Below are positions 54,557 to 55,154 of a DNA stretch of 55,154 bases, piece after piece; positions within the stretch are counted from its first letter, which is position 1, and every line of letters begins with the position of its first letter. The position numbers and the translations under genes are program-made. Source of the DNA: Candidatus Woesebacteria bacterium (GTDB lineage Bacteria > Patescibacteriota > Microgenomatia > UBA10105 > UBA927); assembly GCA_044223895.1 (NCBI GenBank), contig JBGALL010000003.1, positions 1-55,154 on the forward strand, read 5' to 3'. The notes below the pieces were generated by a model. That model was not told the DNA's origin, made no database searches, and saw nothing but the letters and a program-made list of their open reading frames with translations.

Positions 54557-54599
54557 TATTAGGTAATATCTGGAATTATTAGGTAATATTCGGTAATAT
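54557..54599 (+). repeat. helically phased direct repeats TATTAGGTAATAT (x2) plus GGTAATAT upstream of the Fic gene
   Basis: Exact 13-mers at 54557-54569 and 54577-54589 (20-bp offset). A third GGTAATAT is at 54592-54599 (10-bp offset). TTGACA at 54550-54555. Confidence 0.6.
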
Positions 54600-54605
54600 C
54601 ATAAT

Positions 54606-55154
54606 ATGTTAATTCCTCCTCAATATACACTCACACCAACAATCTCTCAGTTATTAGCTTCCATAGAAGGTTCTAGAGCGGTTATAGATTCATTTCCACT
54701 CGAACCAGCTTTGGAAACGAATATCCGTCGACAAACATCGTTAAAAAGTTCGCTATTTTCGGCACGCATCGAAGGAAATGATTTAACCCTTGAGGAGATA
54801 GAAAAAAATCCATCCAAAACACAAAAGAAAACAGAAGTATTTAATATTTTAAAAGCCTTTACCTATCTGCGACAAAACGAGAAAAAAGATCTTTCCCTCA
54901 AAGAGATTCTCGGATTTCACTCGATAGCAATGCAGGGATTATCTCAGGAAGCAGGACGCTTTCGAGTAGAAAGCAGTGCCATCTATAACACCGCCGGAAT
55001 AGCTATCTATTTACCACCTGCACCAAAAAGTATCCTTCCTACAGTTGAAAAATATTTGAAATATATCAATAGCACCAGAGAACCACTCATTCCTATAAAG
55101 GCATGCATTGCCCATTATATATTTGAAAAAATTCACCCATTTCTAGATGGCAAC
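54606..55154 (+). CDS. Fic/DOC family protein, 3'-truncated by the window edge
   Basis: Hand-translated from ATG 54606: MLIPPQYTLTPTISQLLASIEGSRAV...ACIAHYIFEKIHPFLDGN. It ends in the Fic motif HPFxDGN and is open to the window end. Confidence 0.85.
   Translation, partial: MLIPPQYTLTPTISQLLASIEGSRAVIDSFPLEPALETNIRRQTSLKSSLFSARIEGNDLTLEEIEKNPSKTQKKTEVFNILKAFTYLRQNEKKDLSLKEILGFHSIAMQGLSQEAGRFRVESSAIYNTAGIAIYLPPAPKSILPTVEKYLKYINSTREPLIPIKACIAHYIFEKIHPFLDGN

Noticed and set aside
1-55154. Alternative genetic code (UGA or UAA reassignment, as in some candidate-phyla bacteria)
   Set aside because: Long, motif-complete ORFs terminate at TGA (e.g. 9002-9004, 40159-40161), TAA and TAG. Genes are tightly packed under code 11. 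The single in-frame TAA at 32434-32436 is better explained as a point lesion.
1-55154. CRISPR arrays, tRNA/rRNA genes, transposases, integrases, reverse transcriptase/DGR elements
   Set aside because: Scanning intergenic regions by eye found no regularly spaced direct repeats, no tRNA T-arm/acceptor patterns, and no ORF with transposase, integrase or RT motifs. A covariance-model scan would be needed to exclude small RNAs completely.

Overview
AT-rich, very gene-dense bacterial chromosomal segment with about 60 credible CDS. Many genes sit 1-4 nt apart or overlap, and several convergent 3' ends overlap. The standard code applies: TGA, TAA and TAG all terminate long ORFs. By eye I found no rRNA, tRNA, CRISPR array, transposase, integrase or reverse transcriptase. 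The gene content is consistent with a small-genome Patescibacteria/CPR-like bacterium, but that is inference, not proof. Supporting content: a dockerin-tagged LamG protein, GT-C glycosyltransferases, an RND pump with no outer-membrane factor, a CofE-like ligase, a minimal pyruvate-kinase-like gene, many DUF membrane proteins and several decayed genes. Well-supported blocks: (1) a minus-strand exopolysaccharide module at 2.6-7.6 kb (HexNAc-uronate-type dehydrogenase, HasA/NodC-like GT2 synthase, NodB-type deacetylase, secreted jelly-roll protein); (2) hflX with a C-terminal YwbE/DUF2196 fusion; (3) rlmN; (4) a csoR-copZ-copA copper operon with a G/C-tract operator, divergent from a NOX/ferric-reductase-type flavocytochrome; (5) sppA, truB and an RND/MFP efflux pair; (6) a SAM-I riboswitch plus terminator upstream of metK; (7) a UbiA-led four-gene operon divergent from a three-ORF cluster of unknown function (618 aa + 110 aa + 115 aa, degenerate Rossmann-like pieces); (8) M29 aminopeptidase, DEAD-box helicase, ung, an Mhq-like dioxygenase/esterase pair and a pterin dehydratase; (9) a lexA locus with two GTAAAC-N4-GTTTAC palindromes placed on a TTGACA-17-TATATT promoter, divergent from an XRE/membrane-protein pair; (10) an ATP-grasp gene preceded by a Lys-rich mini-ORF and hairpin, then a 3'-truncated Fic gene. 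Best candidates for new biology: the 39.8-42.4 kb orphan cluster, the lexA operator and divergent membrane effector, the HflX-YwbE fusion, the B/C-domain-less pyruvate kinase, and the EPS module. All functional calls rest on motif recognition by eye. No database search was run.
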